Assembly: GCA_043511425.1 (NCBI GenBank)
Contig: CP121331.1
Coordinates: 1,450,992 to 1,514,991 of the forward strand
DNA from: Sphingobacteriales bacterium
GTDB lineage: Bacteria; Bacteroidota; Bacteroidia; NS11-12g; UBA9320
DNA length: 64,000 nt
Direction of reading: 5' to 3'
Part shown: positions 30,918 through 41,918 of the stretch, one piece after another
Layout of the letters: each line of letters starts with the position of its first letter
Numbering within the stretch: the stretch's first letter is position 1
The notes under the pieces: model-generated
What the model was told of the DNA's origin: nothing
Seen by the model: only the letters and a program-made list of their open reading frames with translations
The model's database searches: none
Program-made: the position numbers and the translations under genes

Positions 30918-32151
30918 ATTGCTTGATTTTACGATACAGGGTACGCTCAGATATTCCGAGCTCCTTAGCTGCTTTTTTCCTTCTGCCATTATTTTTGAGC
31001 AGTGCCTTTCGTATTAGTTCTTCCTCTTTTGCTTCTAGCGAGAGTACCTCGTGTTCACTTACGGAGTCTTTATCCTCTATAACGACATGGTCGTATACGT
31101 CATCATCATCCTCGTGATGCTCACTGTGCGTGGGAGCATAGTTAGACTCATTGCTTGTGTTTTCATTACTTAAAAGACGGGTAAAGTTGGCCGCACCTCT
31201 GTCTGTAGCCTCCTCAGTAGTATCATTATTATCCAGCATGCCAAAAACGACTTTGCGCAGCTCGGATACGTCTTTTTTAAGGTCAATGAGTACTTTATAA
31301 AAAATATCTCTTTCCGACACATCACTCTCTCTACCCGCTTCTTTGAAAAGTGCAGGAAGGTTATTCTCTGCTCTGGCTGGCAAGTACTTGCGTATGGTAT
31401 CTGCATCTATTCGAGGACCTTGCTCCAGTACTGCTATTTGTTCAGCTATATTCTTTAGCTGGCGAATATTCCCTGGCCACCGATAATTCATTAGTATAGC
31501 TTCTGCATCTAAGCTCAGCTCAAAAGACTCTTGTCTGTATCTCTCCGATGCATCAAACGCAAACTTCTGAAACAATAGGACCACATCTCCAGGTCTCTCC
31601 CTCAATGGCGGAACCGCAATAGGTAATGTAGATAGTCTATAATATAAATCTTCTCTAAACTTATTTCGGTCCACTTCAGTAATCAGGTCTCTATTGGTAG
31701 CCGTAATAATACGTACGTCTGTCTTCTGGACCTTACTACTTCCTACGCGGATAAACTCTCCATTTTCCAACACACGAAGCAGTCTACTCTGCGTTTCAAG
31801 GGGCAACTCACCTATCTCATCTAAGAATATTGTACCCCCATTAGCAGCTTCAAAATATCCTTTCCTATTGTCTACCGCTCCAGTAAAAGCGCCTTTATCA
31901 TGACCAAAGAGCTCTGAATTAATCGTACCTTCTGGCAATGCTCCACAATTGATAGCTATAAAAGGTCCATGCTTACGTGGACTTAGTTGATGTATTATTT
32001 TAGAAAATGACTCTTTACCACTTCCACTCTCTCCCTGTATATATACGGTAAGCTCTGTAGGAGACACACGCATAGCAGTTTGCAAAGCATAATTCAGCTT
32101 TGCAGAGTTTCCTATGATCCCAAATCGTTGTTTTACTTGTTGTAAATCCAT
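30901..32151 (-). CDS. Sigma-54-dependent transcriptional activator (AAA+ domain plus Fis-type HTH, no receiver or sensor domain)
   Basis: GESGSGKE Walker A, GAFTGA loop, ELPLETQSRLLRVLE, WPGNIRQL and a C-terminal HTH AAKELGISERTLYRKI. Confidence 0.85.
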   Translation of the reverse strand: MDLQQVKQRFGIIGNSAKLNYALQTAMRVSPTELTVYIQGESGSGKESFSKIIHQLSPRKHGPFIAINCGALPEGTINSELFGHDKGAFTGAVDNRKGYFEAANGGTIFLDEIGELPLETQSRLLRVLENGEFIRVGSSKVQKTDVRIITATNRDLITEVDRNKFREDLYYRLSTLPIAVPPLRERPGDVVLLFQKFAFDASERYRQESFELSLDAEAILMNYRWPGNIRQLKNIAEQIAVLEQGPRIDADTIRKYLPARAENNLPALFKEAGRESDVSERDIFYKVLIDLKKDVSELRKVVFGMLDNNDTTEEATDRGAANFTRLLSNENTSNESNYAPTHSEHHEDDDDVYDHVVIEDKDSVSEHEVLSLEAKEEELIRKALLKNNGRRKKAAKELGISERTLYRKIKQYEIES

Positions 32152-32341
32152 TAATTGACTGCAAAAATGGCAGATTTTTTTGGTTTAATGGCAGACTTTT
32201 CGATTAAAATATGTGATTTCACTAACGAAACGTTAAAGACCCAAAAAACCGCTAGTCTCTGCACCAATAACATTAATATCAACTAGGATAGCCTGAGATT
32301 TTGCTGCGCTATCAAATCCAGACGCTTCGAGTCTCAGCAAT

Positions 32342-34135
32342 CTACCTCAGCGAATAATTCTTTACTGTAATGTCATACGGCATAATAGCCTGTACTGTAT
32401 GTGACGTACCCCATCGCTCTAGGTCATTCAGTTGCTTCACATACTGCTCAAAACCCGTATTCTTACTTAGTTCTATTAATTTCTGCTGAGTGCTAATATT
32501 CCCCTGCATTTTATCCAATATTAGATTAATAGGGTCTTGTAATTTCGGATATTCTCTAATTTTATATTCTGTAAGAGAAGCCTCTTTAGCTGCATACGCT
32601 ATAGCGTCTTCCAATCCTCCAAGTATATCCACTAAGCCTACTTCTTTGGCCATCACACCAGTCCACACTCTTCCCTGAGCTATTTCGTGTACTTGCTCCT
32701 TGGTCATATTCCTTCCTTCCGCTACGCGACTAAGAAACGTATCATAAATCTTATCTATTATACTTTCTATATACTCTCTTTCGTCTGCCTTCATCGGTCT
32801 ATCTATTCTACCCATGTCCGAATGCTCTCCTGTTCCTACATATTCAAAATGGAGTCCCATTTTATCCTCTAGCAATTTCTGTGCATTGGGTATCAGTCCA
32901 AATACACCGATAGATCCAGTCACCGTAGTAGGCTCAGCAAAAATCTTACGCGCTGGAGTAGCTATGTAGTAGCCACCGCTAGCTGCGACATCACTCATAC
33001 TTACGATAAGTGGCTTTTCTGCGGCTAATAATTTCGCTTCTCTCCAGATAATATCACTGGCTAGCGAGCTTCCTCCGCGGCTGTCTATTCGAAATACTAC
33101 AGCCTTTATATTATCATCCAGTCGTACTTTTTTCATGGTAGCCGCCATGTCGTCTGCTGCTATCTGTGTACCGTCTCCTTTACCACCTACTATATCTCCT
33201 CCTGCATACACTACCGCAATGCGGTCTGAACCACTACCTTGAGTACTTAGTGTACGTGCATATTTCTGCTCACTGATAAGCGGCACTTTGGTATCGTCAG
33301 CTACACCCATACGCTTCTTCATCGCAGAATAAAACTGATCTCTGTATACTGTAGCGTCTATATATCCTGCAGTTTTAAAATCCTCCACTGAGCGAAGTTT
33401 CAATTCATCTGCGTCTGCTTTAAGCTGTGCTATGCTGATGCCTCTAGATGCAGAGATAGCTTTCAGCGTTTCATCAAAAACAGAATTGATATACGTCTCT
33501 ATCTGCAATCTATTCTCAGGACTAAGATCCTTGCGCGTATAGGCTTCTACTGCTCCCTTAAACTTACCTGCTCTTACCGCTTGTATCTCTACGCCTAGTT
33601 TTTCTAATGCTCCTGCAAAAAAGGACACTTGAGCTACCATACCGGTAAATGACATTTCACCTTCAGGATTTACAAATACGCTATCTGCTACACTCGCTAA
33701 GTAATAGGTTGGGAAATAATAATAGTCTGCGTATGCGTAGACAAACTTCCCACTCTTCTTAAAGTCTTCTAGTTTAGCTCTCACCTCACTGAGCTTAGCA
33801 TAGCCAGATGAAAATGCAGTAAGATCTAATACTACACCTTTAATTTTGTCGTCCGTCTTTGCACTTTCTATCGTATGGAGAATATCATTCAGGCCAATAG
33901 GCATCTGAGTATTCGGATCTAGCGTAGCTAGCACTGCAAACGGGCTGCTATTTGCTACCTTATCTTGCAGTGGATAGTTCAGCTTCATATTCAGCACACC
34001 ATTATTAGGCACTTCTACCTTAGGTTTCGAACTGGCCACTAAGCCCGTTATTGCCATAAAAACGACAAAAAACAAAACTAAACCCGCTAATAAATATCCT
34101 ACAGCTGAGGCTAAAACTACTTTAAAAAATCGCAT
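32342..34135 (-). CDS. sppA: Signal peptide peptidase SppA, 67K type
   Basis: 597 aa. N-terminal TM helix and two ClpP/crotonase-like repeats (..YAYADYY.. and VSMSDVAASGGYYIA..GSIGV). Confidence 0.88.
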   Translation of the reverse strand: MRFFKVVLASAVGYLLAGLVLFFVVFMAITGLVASSKPKVEVPNNGVLNMKLNYPLQDKVANSSPFAVLATLDPNTQMPIGLNDILHTIESAKTDDKIKGVVLDLTAFSSGYAKLSEVRAKLEDFKKSGKFVYAYADYYYFPTYYLASVADSVFVNPEGEMSFTGMVAQVSFFAGALEKLGVEIQAVRAGKFKGAVEAYTRKDLSPENRLQIETYINSVFDETLKAISASRGISIAQLKADADELKLRSVEDFKTAGYIDATVYRDQFYSAMKKRMGVADDTKVPLISEQKYARTLSTQGSGSDRIAVVYAGGDIVGGKGDGTQIAADDMAATMKKVRLDDNIKAVVFRIDSRGGSSLASDIIWREAKLLAAEKPLIVSMSDVAASGGYYIATPARKIFAEPTTVTGSIGVFGLIPNAQKLLEDKMGLHFEYVGTGEHSDMGRIDRPMKADEREYIESIIDKIYDTFLSRVAEGRNMTKEQVHEIAQGRVWTGVMAKEVGLVDILGGLEDAIAYAAKEASLTEYKIREYPKLQDPINLILDKMQGNISTQQKLIELSKNTGFEQYVKQLNDLERWGTSHTVQAIMPYDITVKNYSLR

Positions 34136-34159
34136 ATGGTTTTTACTAATCTGTTGTAC

Positions 34160-35752
34160 TTAATAAACTAAGATCTTGGCAGTATAAGCCTCTGATTTAG
34201 TTTTTACTACAACGAAGTAAAGACCTTGACGATGCCCATGGAATGGAATATCGGTTAACACCGACGATATATCGTTTAATAAGATTTGCTGCCCGCTAGA
34301 GTTCCAGACTTCCACCTGTACTGCATCTTCGGGCAATTTAGTTAAAAGTATCTTTTGACTAATCGCATTATAGGCTACATGTACCTTATTTTTATCTATA
34401 TCCTCTAAACCTGCAGTGCCTACAGAAAAGGCCACAGGTATAGTAATAGTCTTACCCGCTTCATCATTTAGATTTACAATCAAGTTATCGGTATAGTCAC
34501 CGTTTGGGAGACCAAGGAAGTCTACCACAACAAGCAGTGCTTCACCTGCGGCAGCTGAACTTGCAGACGATACTATTTTGAGGTTAGCAGCTGATGTAGT
34601 GGCTGCAGATACACCTGACCAATCTGTATTTCCAGTATTGACAATGTAAATGTTCTTTCGCTCATTGTTTCTTACCACACCATAATCTATCGCAGATTGA
34701 GCAGTATTGGCTTCTTTTATCAGAGGTTTGGTGTCTGTGGCTCCTATTTTATTTATCCGCTCTATGAACTCAGGGTGATCTACGAAAGGGTTTCTATTTT
34801 TTTGGTAGCCAAATATTTTTTCATTCCGCTGAACATCCCACGCTGAAGGCTGATTATCTATGTGCCACTGCTTTAGAATAGCTTCTTGCCCGTCGATAAA
34901 ATTACTATAGTCTTGGTAACGGATAGCGAAGTATAGCATTGCTCTAGCTGTTGCCCCTTTTTGTTGATCTCTGGGTTCAAACGTACTTCCACCGAGCTTA
35001 CTTCCTCCTTCTGTCCAGCTAGGTGTGCCTGTCACTTCTCCAAAAGGGTAACTACCTCTTCTACTATTTGCGTTATTATCCGTAGGGAACAGGTGGTGTA
35101 TATCTGCACGTTCAGGTTCGTTTTGGTTAAAAAGACTCTGTGGCCATGTATGCTCACAGTTAAAGCTCACACTATTTGCACCGCTTCGTGTATTAAAAGT
35201 AGCTTCTCTACCTGTGTATACGCACGTCACTTTACCCGCTACGTTATCTATATCGCCATACATCTTATCACGCGCACCGCTGTATCCGAGATTCGTATAT
35301 CCAGCTGCTAGTATGGTTTTTAGCTCATCTTTCAGGTCTTGGTAGCTCTTATTAAAAGTACTTGAGTAGTACGTTCCTTCGTACTTCCCATTTCCGATTA
35401 AGTCTATTCGAAATTGTGACCCATTATTTAACACAAAAATAAGCTCAGAGTTATACGCTACATTATGCCTAGGCTTGAAGGTAACTCTTACCTTTTCGGT
35501 ACCACCTGCAGCTATAGTAGCATTAGGCACAGCATACGTGAAGTCCGTATTGTAAACAGTTACCTCATCTATAACCACTGCGGCACTGGACGTATTGGTA
35601 ACGTTTACTGCTAATTCTTTATCTGTGGTGGTGAGCACATCACCAAAATCTAACTGATCAAGAGATAGGGTAACCTGAGCTTGAGCAAGGGCAGCTAAAA
35701 AAATGAATAAAAGACCAATGTTTCTCATTGGGGCAAAGGTAGTGAGAAACAA
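34160..35752 (-). CDS. Extracellular endonuclease I family nuclease with a T9SS C-terminal sorting domain
   Basis: CVYTG..FNCEHTWPQS, DIHHLFPTDNNANSRRGSYPFGEV and RGATARAMLYFAIRY (endonuclease I). Signal peptide LAALAQAQ. The C-terminus ..GLYFVVVKTKSEAYTAKILVY is typical of a T9SS C-terminal domain. Confidence 0.8.
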   Translation of the reverse strand: MFLTTFAPMRNIGLLFIFLAALAQAQVTLSLDQLDFGDVLTTTDKELAVNVTNTSSAAVVIDEVTVYNTDFTYAVPNATIAAGGTEKVRVTFKPRHNVAYNSELIFVLNNGSQFRIDLIGNGKYEGTYYSSTFNKSYQDLKDELKTILAAGYTNLGYSGARDKMYGDIDNVAGKVTCVYTGREATFNTRSGANSVSFNCEHTWPQSLFNQNEPERADIHHLFPTDNNANSRRGSYPFGEVTGTPSWTEGGSKLGGSTFEPRDQQKGATARAMLYFAIRYQDYSNFIDGQEAILKQWHIDNQPSAWDVQRNEKIFGYQKNRNPFVDHPEFIERINKIGATDTKPLIKEANTAQSAIDYGVVRNNERKNIYIVNTGNTDWSGVSAATTSAANLKIVSSASSAAAGEALLVVVDFLGLPNGDYTDNLIVNLNDEAGKTITIPVAFSVGTAGLEDIDKNKVHVAYNAISQKILLTKLPEDAVQVEVWNSSGQQILLNDISSVLTDIPFHGHRQGLYFVVVKTKSEAYTAKILVY

Positions 35753-35771
35753 GAACTGAAAAAGGTCAAGT

Positions 35772-36323
35772 TTAGGGCACTTTTTTAACAGATGGGAGAA
35801 TAAGTAATAGTTCCGCGCCAGAGAATTCCTTTAAATCTGATATAGGAGGCAACATAAGGCTAAGGTTATACCTCTTATAGTCGCTAGCAGTAACATCAAC
35901 CCACTCTAGCGTGCCGACAAAGCCAGATTGAAAATACTGCATTCTTATTTTTAATTTATCTGCTAACATTCCAAAAATTTTCACATTTTCAATCGCAGAT
36001 GTACTTTTAGCCGAAAGCTTATAACTCGTTAAGACCCCATCTTTAATGAAATATTTGCCTTTGTATTTGCATATGAAATCTCTACCGTTAAATTTTACTT
36101 TATATTTTTGATTCATTGGTTTAGAAATGATTTTAACTCCTAGACTTTCACCCCAAACAGACTTATATACTGATCGAAACTGCCTAGCTTTTGTCTTTGT
36201 GTAAGGTACTCCCTTTATAGAATCCTCAAGGGATGTTTGCATTAAACCTACCTCATAGGTAACATTTTGAGCTTTAAGGTTCAAAAAGGGAAACAAAAAA
36301 AAGAGTATCAGTATATATCTCAT
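35772..36323 (-). CDS. Hypothetical secreted protein
   Basis: ORF with signal peptide MRYILILFFLFPFLNLKAQN. No motif recognised. Confidence 0.4.
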   Translation of the reverse strand: MRYILILFFLFPFLNLKAQNVTYEVGLMQTSLEDSIKGVPYTKTKARQFRSVYKSVWGESLGVKIISKPMNQKYKVKFNGRDFICKYKGKYFIKDGVLTSYKLSAKSTSAIENVKIFGMLADKLKIRMQYFQSGFVGTLEWVDVTASDYKRYNLSLMLPPISDLKEFSGAELLLILPSVKKVP

Positions 36324-36372
36324 AAGTTTTTCACAATTACAGCCCAAATATAGCACAATCTTATCTTAAAAT

Positions 36373-36380
36373 TACCTTTG
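36373..36380 (+). promoter_or_regulatory. Candidate -7 box (TAnnTTTG) for purB
   Basis: The sequence tacctttg ends 5 nt before the ATG at 36386. Confidence 0.35.
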
Positions 36381-36385
36381 CACCC

Positions 36386-37732
36386 ATGCTTACGACACTA
36401 TCAGCTATCAGCCCTATAGACGGGAGATACAGAGGCAAAGTCCAGGAACTGCCTTCTTACTTTTCTGAATATGGACTCTTTAAATACCGTGTATGGGTAG
36501 AAGTCGAATACTTCATCGCCTTATCTCAGCTAGGACTGGCTCAGTTTTCAGCATTGTCTGACGAGGAGACTAACTTCCTAAAAGGCATTTACCAAAACTT
36601 TAGTGAGGCAGATGCTCAAGTGATCAAAGAAATTGAGAAATCCACCAATCACGATGTTAAGGCGGTAGAATATTTTATAAAAGAAAGACTAAAAGGCACT
36701 AAACTAGAAGAATACAGTGAGTTTGTACACTTTGGGCTTACGAGTCAAGACGTGAATAACACTGCTATTCCATTTAGTCTTCAGCTGGGCATCGATGAGG
36801 TGATTATACCTAACATCAAGCAACTGCACGAGTCTCTATCTTCCTTTGCTGAGCAATGGAAAAAAGTACCTCTACTTAGTCGTACGCACGGGCAGGCAGC
36901 TACACCAACTACAGTGGGCAAAGAATTTGCGGTTTTTGCTGAGCGTATAAAAATACAGCTAGACACACTAATAGAAACGCCTATCAGTGCCAAATTCGGA
37001 GGAGCTACAGGGTCGTTCAATGCGCACCGACTGGCATTTCCTCAAATAGATTGGCCAGCCTTTGGTGATGAACTGGTGGCTAACCTCGGGCTAGTGCGCA
37101 GTTATCCTACTACACAGATAGACCATTACGATCAACTAGCGGCTGTCTTTGACGCTATGAGACGGATTAACGTCATACTTATGGACTTTGCCAAAGATGT
37201 ATGGCAGTATATTAGTATGGACTTCTTTAAACAACGCATAATAGCAGGCGAGGTGGGAAGTAGCGCCATGCCACACAAGGTAAATCCGATAGATTTTGAA
37301 AATGCAGAAGGTAATTTTGGGATAGCAAATGCGCTACTGGACCACTTCAGTAATAAGCTCCCCATCAGCAGATTGCAACGAGACCTGACGGATAGTACTG
37401 TGCTCAGAAATGTAGGTGTACCGCTATCTCACATGCTCATAGCCTTCAAAAGCTTGGAAAAAGGAATGAGTAAACTCATCCTCAATGAAGATGCAATACG
37501 TGCAGATTTAGACCGCAATTGGGCAGTAACAGCTGAAGCTATTCAGACTATTCTAAGAAGAGAAAAAGTAACTGGAGCATACGAGCTACTGAAGGATCTG
37601 ACAAGAACCAATGATGGGATCAATGAGGCATCCATTAAAGTATTCGTAGAGAAGCTAGACTTACCTGAAAGTGTAAAAGAGGAAATACGCACTATTACTC
37701 CGTTTAACTACCTGGGATATGCAGCCGAGTAA
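36386..37732 (+). CDS. purB: Adenylosuccinate lyase
   Basis: 448 aa. SPIDGRY, GLTSQDVNNTA, TRTHGQAATPTT and the signature SSAMPHKVNP. Confidence 0.93.
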   Translation: MLTTLSAISPIDGRYRGKVQELPSYFSEYGLFKYRVWVEVEYFIALSQLGLAQFSALSDEETNFLKGIYQNFSEADAQVIKEIEKSTNHDVKAVEYFIKERLKGTKLEEYSEFVHFGLTSQDVNNTAIPFSLQLGIDEVIIPNIKQLHESLSSFAEQWKKVPLLSRTHGQAATPTTVGKEFAVFAERIKIQLDTLIETPISAKFGGATGSFNAHRLAFPQIDWPAFGDELVANLGLVRSYPTTQIDHYDQLAAVFDAMRRINVILMDFAKDVWQYISMDFFKQRIIAGEVGSSAMPHKVNPIDFENAEGNFGIANALLDHFSNKLPISRLQRDLTDSTVLRNVGVPLSHMLIAFKSLEKGMSKLILNEDAIRADLDRNWAVTAEAIQTILRREKVTGAYELLKDLTRTNDGINEASIKVFVEKLDLPESVKEEIRTITPFNYLGYAAE

Positions 37733-38087
37733 GAAAACACTCGTCATAGGAGCTACGCCCAAGCCAGAGCGATATGCTTATATCGCCACCGAAATGCTAC
37801 ACGATTTCGGTCATGAGGTAGTTCCTTACGGCGTAAAAAAAGGAAACATAGGTGACTATACCATTTTAAATGAGTGGCCGGAAAATCAACAATTTGATAC
37901 CATTACACTGTATATCAATCCTACACTACAAGAAGGATTTTATGAGCGAATACTCGCTCTAAAACCAAAGCGGATTATTTTCAATCCGGGAACTGAAAAC
38001 CCCGTACTCGATGAAAAAGCAACCGCTGAAAACATTCAAACACTAGATGCTTGCACATTAGTACTTTTGCGCACTAATCAATATTAA
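37719..38087 (+). CDS. CoA-binding domain protein (YccU/YneT-like)
   Basis: 122 aa with the pattern KTLVIGATPKPERYAY.....L...GHEV.P. Confidence 0.65.
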   Translation: MQPSKKTLVIGATPKPERYAYIATEMLHDFGHEVVPYGVKKGNIGDYTILNEWPENQQFDTITLYINPTLQEGFYERILALKPKRIIFNPGTENPVLDEKATAENIQTLDACTLVLLRTNQY

Positions 38088-38104
38088 AAATAGTAATCAT
38101 ATAT

Positions 38105-38881
38105 ATGAAAAAAACATACTTATTCCTGAGCATTGTGCTACTAGCCTTTGCTTGTACCCCAAGTCAAGATGCTATGAAAGCTGAAATAACAGACTTGGAA
38201 AAATCAGAAAAAACGGGCACTAAAGAAGGACTTGCTGAATTAGCCGTACTGCATAAGAACTACGGCATGAAGTATACCGATGTAGAAGCTAACAATTACC
38301 TGTATGCCGCGGGTCAATACTATTTCTACGAAAACAATGGCACAGAAGCCATGCCACTACTGACGGAGTATATTTCTAGAGACGACAGCACCGATAGATA
38401 TAGAAATGCAGCCATAAACCTCGCCATCCTCCACGGCAAAGCAGCAGATTATGCCGAAATGGATAACCTGATCAGCGATGTGCTAGACGACGATTTACCT
38501 ACCGCAGCACAATGGCAAGATATAGTGAAATTGTATGAAGATAAACTAAGCGCGGATACTGAGATTAAAACAGAAGATTATGAGCGATTAGCTATGGCCT
38601 ATACTGCTACCGGCAGATTCCCAAAAGCGGTATCTAGTTTAGATACGGCGATACATAAATATCCAAATTACGAAAAACGTTCTAACCTATTGTACAGGGC
38701 TGGTTTCATAGGCTGGGAATACCTAAAAGATACTGAAGTAGCTAAAAAATACTACAATCAGTTTTTAGAAGAGTACCCCAATGACCCTAAAGCTGAAGAA
38801 GTAAAACAAATACTCACTTCCGGAATGCTAGAAATGAGTGATGACGCTATTTTAGAAATGCTTAAAGGGAAAGGAAAGTAA
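38105..38881 (+). CDS. TPR-like lipoprotein
   Basis: Lipobox LLAFACTPS. Helical repeat content, for example AMAYTATGRFPKAVSSLDTAIHKYPNYEK and KKYYNQFLEEYPNDPKAEE. Confidence 0.5.
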   Translation: MKKTYLFLSIVLLAFACTPSQDAMKAEITDLEKSEKTGTKEGLAELAVLHKNYGMKYTDVEANNYLYAAGQYYFYENNGTEAMPLLTEYISRDDSTDRYRNAAINLAILHGKAADYAEMDNLISDVLDDDLPTAAQWQDIVKLYEDKLSADTEIKTEDYERLAMAYTATGRFPKAVSSLDTAIHKYPNYEKRSNLLYRAGFIGWEYLKDTEVAKKYYNQFLEEYPNDPKAEEVKQILTSGMLEMSDDAILEMLKGKGK

Positions 38882-39642
38882 TGGCAATAGCACTCATTAC
38901 TGGCACTACGTCGGGCATAGGGAAAGCTACTGCGGAGACATTAGCTAAAGAAGGGTATAACCTCATACTGAATGGTCGTAGACTGGACAGACTCGAAAAG
39001 CAAGCGACAGAGTTAGCCAATACGCACGGTATACAAACACACCTGATGCACCTAGACGTGCGTGAAGCGGATACCGTAAACAACTACATCACCAACCTCC
39101 CAAAAGACTGGAAAAACATAGACGTGCTCGTAAATAATGCTGGTTTAGCGGCTGGATTAGGCACTTTGGAAACGGGAAGTCTAGACCATTGGAATGCGAT
39201 GATAGATACCAATATAAAAGGGCTATTGCACATATCTAAAGCTATGATCCCGTTGCTTAAAGAAACCAGGGGACACATAGTAAATATAGGCTCTATAGCT
39301 GGCAAAGAGGTCTATCCCGGAGGCAATGTATACTGCGGTACCAAGCACATGGTAGACGCACTGAATAAGTCCATGAGAAGAGAACTCGCAGAATCAGGCA
39401 TACGCGTATCTAGTGTAAATCCAGGTGCTGTAGAGACTGAATTTTCTATTGTAAGATTAGATGGAGATTTAGACAAAGCCAAAAATGTGTATGAGGGTTT
39501 TGAGAACCTAGTGGCTCAAGATATAGCCGATGCCATCTGGTTTATTCTTAGTAGACCCAAGCACGTCAACATCAATGAGCTCATAATAATGCCTACTGCT
39601 CAGCCAGCAGCCGGTGTGGTGCTCAGAGACCAAGGTCTTTAG
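38881..39642 (+). CDS. SDR family NAD(P)-dependent oxidoreductase (YdfG-like)
   Basis: TGTTSGIGKA (TGxxxGxG), NNAG and the catalytic Y..YCGTK. Confidence 0.85.
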   Translation: MAIALITGTTSGIGKATAETLAKEGYNLILNGRRLDRLEKQATELANTHGIQTHLMHLDVREADTVNNYITNLPKDWKNIDVLVNNAGLAAGLGTLETGSLDHWNAMIDTNIKGLLHISKAMIPLLKETRGHIVNIGSIAGKEVYPGGNVYCGTKHMVDALNKSMRRELAESGIRVSSVNPGAVETEFSIVRLDGDLDKAKNVYEGFENLVAQDIADAIWFILSRPKHVNINELIIMPTAQPAAGVVLRDQGL

Positions 39643-39661
39643 CAAAAGACTATCCTACTGA

Positions 39662-40441
39662 TCAATATTCTTGGACTGGAATTGTCATCATGGAAATCTG
39701 TCCGTTTTTAATCCACTGTTTCACGTGTCTATCTTTCCCAAGAGGTGCATACTTAGGCTCAACGGTTACAAAGACTATATCTGCTTTCACTTTTCTGCTG
39801 TAGGCTTCAGTGGCACTAGCTATATTCTCGCCAAAGGATTCGCTCACCGTGTATTTTATACCTCGTTCAGCAAGGTATCTCTCCGTCTGTCGAGCAAATA
39901 ATTCTACCGTTTCTACTTCATACTTAGTATTTCTTTTGCTAAGCAATAAAATGTGTATGGTTGAGTTAAATTTCTGGGCTATGGATGCTGCATACTTTAC
40001 TTTCTGCCTGGTTTCTGGAGATTTAGACAAGGGCAATAACAAACTGCCAAATCGTGATTCTGCACTACTCTTCTTCACTAACAACATTGGACAGGTGATA
40101 GAAGTGGCTAGATCATAACACATCGGGCTTTTGAATAACCGAGATTTCGTACACGAAGTGCCTACTACTAAAATATCATAGTCCGCAGTGCGTTCTTTTT
40201 CTTCTGCTGCTGTATTGAAGTCTCCATGGACGACTAAAGTTGTAAGTTCGATGTTTTTACCCGACGTAAAATCTCGTAAAAACTTGATGGTATCCGAAAA
40301 ATCAGATTGTTCATCGCCTACTAATAAAACAGTCAGACTAGCCCTGAATTTATGTGCTAAGTCTAGTGCTTGCTGCTGAGCAAAACTCGCTGTATTGCCG
40401 TCATCTATAGCCAAGAGTATATTGCCTAACGCTATATCCAT
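39662..40441 (-). CDS. Universal stress protein, tandem Usp domains
   Basis: 259 aa, two Usp-like halves. It is a paralog of the next gene (shared CPMLLVK/CPVISV and STIHIL/STVHILG patterns). Confidence 0.7.
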   Translation of the reverse strand: MDIALGNILLAIDDGNTASFAQQQALDLAHKFRASLTVLLVGDEQSDFSDTIKFLRDFTSGKNIELTTLVVHGDFNTAAEEKERTADYDILVVGTSCTKSRLFKSPMCYDLATSITCPMLLVKKSSAESRFGSLLLPLSKSPETRQKVKYAASIAQKFNSTIHILLLSKRNTKYEVETVELFARQTERYLAERGIKYTVSESFGENIASATEAYSRKVKADIVFVTVEPKYAPLGKDRHVKQWIKNGQISMMTIPVQEY

Positions 40442-40464
40442 ATCCTACTTGCCTATGAAAGTTG

Positions 40465-41277
40465 TTAGTATCCTGCTGACCCGGCTACCCGAGTATCTCT
40501 TGAATGTATCGTCATTACGGGCACAGTACTTCGATTTACTAATTGCTGTGAATACGAATCCATGAACCATCCCGCACTTTCAGTTTCCGTCATCATTAAC
40601 ATGAGTCCAGCATTAACTTCTTCAGCGTATTCAATGCATGTTTCAACTACGTCTACGTCGTACTTTTCCTCTGTTGTACACGGGATACCTCGTTCTAGCA
40701 AATATTTCTCCGTTTGATTTACATAGCCATGAACGCGCTTTGTAGTTTCTGATGAGTCACTTTTAGAAACCCCCAGTATATGTACAGTAGATCCAAATGC
40801 TTTTGCCATTTCAATACAGTAGGGCACTTTTTGTCTAGTACTTCTTGAATCTGCCAACGGTAATAGTATATGTTTCAATTCTGGAGAACTTGCTTTCTCC
40901 GTGACACTAATTACTGGGCAATCCGAGCTACTCACTACCTTAAATGCATTGCTACCCATCCATTTCTTTTTCCACCCACCACTTCCGTGCGAGCCTTGAA
41001 GAATCAGCGAATAATCCCCTTCCTTTTCAAGTTTTATAACCTCATCATGGACATGACCACTCCGGTCTACAATCTCCATGTTTACGTTATTTTCTTCACG
41101 AAACTTTTCTAGAAAATCTACGGAATCAACAAAAACATTATCCTTCCCTCCAGTGACTACTAAAGCTGTAATTTCCGAATCAAATTTTAAACTTACACCA
41201 TAGGCACTTTGCAATGCAGCCTTGGATGCGTCGCTATTATCAAACGCTAGTAGAATTTTTTTAAAAGCTTTTTCCAT
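40465..41277 (-). CDS. Universal stress protein, tandem Usp domains
   Basis: 270 aa. KKILLAFDNSDAS..AL, LILQGSHGSGGWKK..GS....V....DCPVISV, and a second half with STVHILGVS. Confidence 0.75.
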   Translation of the reverse strand: MEKAFKKILLAFDNSDASKAALQSAYGVSLKFDSEITALVVTGGKDNVFVDSVDFLEKFREENNVNMEIVDRSGHVHDEVIKLEKEGDYSLILQGSHGSGGWKKKWMGSNAFKVVSSSDCPVISVTEKASSPELKHILLPLADSRSTRQKVPYCIEMAKAFGSTVHILGVSKSDSSETTKRVHGYVNQTEKYLLERGIPCTTEEKYDVDVVETCIEYAEEVNAGLMLMMTETESAGWFMDSYSQQLVNRSTVPVMTIHSRDTRVAGSAGY

Positions 41278-41918
41278 ATTATTTCGTTATTGGTTAGTTA
41301 TTGGTCAATTTGTGTCTACGTATTTTTTACTTCAAATACTATGTCATTCATAATTTTGGCTCAAACAATTTATTCTAGCGCAATTAACCCTTGTGAAGTT
41401 TCCTAAACGCTAGTCCATCCTTCGTCAATATTCTATAACTACAATCTATGGACAACGGATAACTGGGGAATCAACTATCTATTTTTATTTACAGATTACG
41501 GTGAAACCCAAATTCGAAATATTAAAAGAACAACAAATTTTAAGCTCAATCTTATTCTTCCAATTTTAGGCATAATTTATGACTATTCAAACTTTTGTTT
41601 TGAAAAATCACACAAGCACCTACTTCTCTTACCGGAAACAAAGCACGAAATCACCTGCCAGTTACTCGTTCGTGCTATTATTCTGAAATCAAGCAATAGT
41701 TCAATTCATTGAACATCCATTAACTACTTCGAACCAATATGTCTAGCAAATCACGTAAAAATTAACCCCTAATCTAGTATTTTTGACCACGCAAAGTTTG
41801 TAAGATGGTGCCATTTGATTAAGCAGATTCACACTCTGCAATTTTAGCTGGTTAGGTCAACTAATTTTAATGCTTAGAAATCTCAAGCAATGCACCTTTA
41901 CAATAAAAAAATACACGA

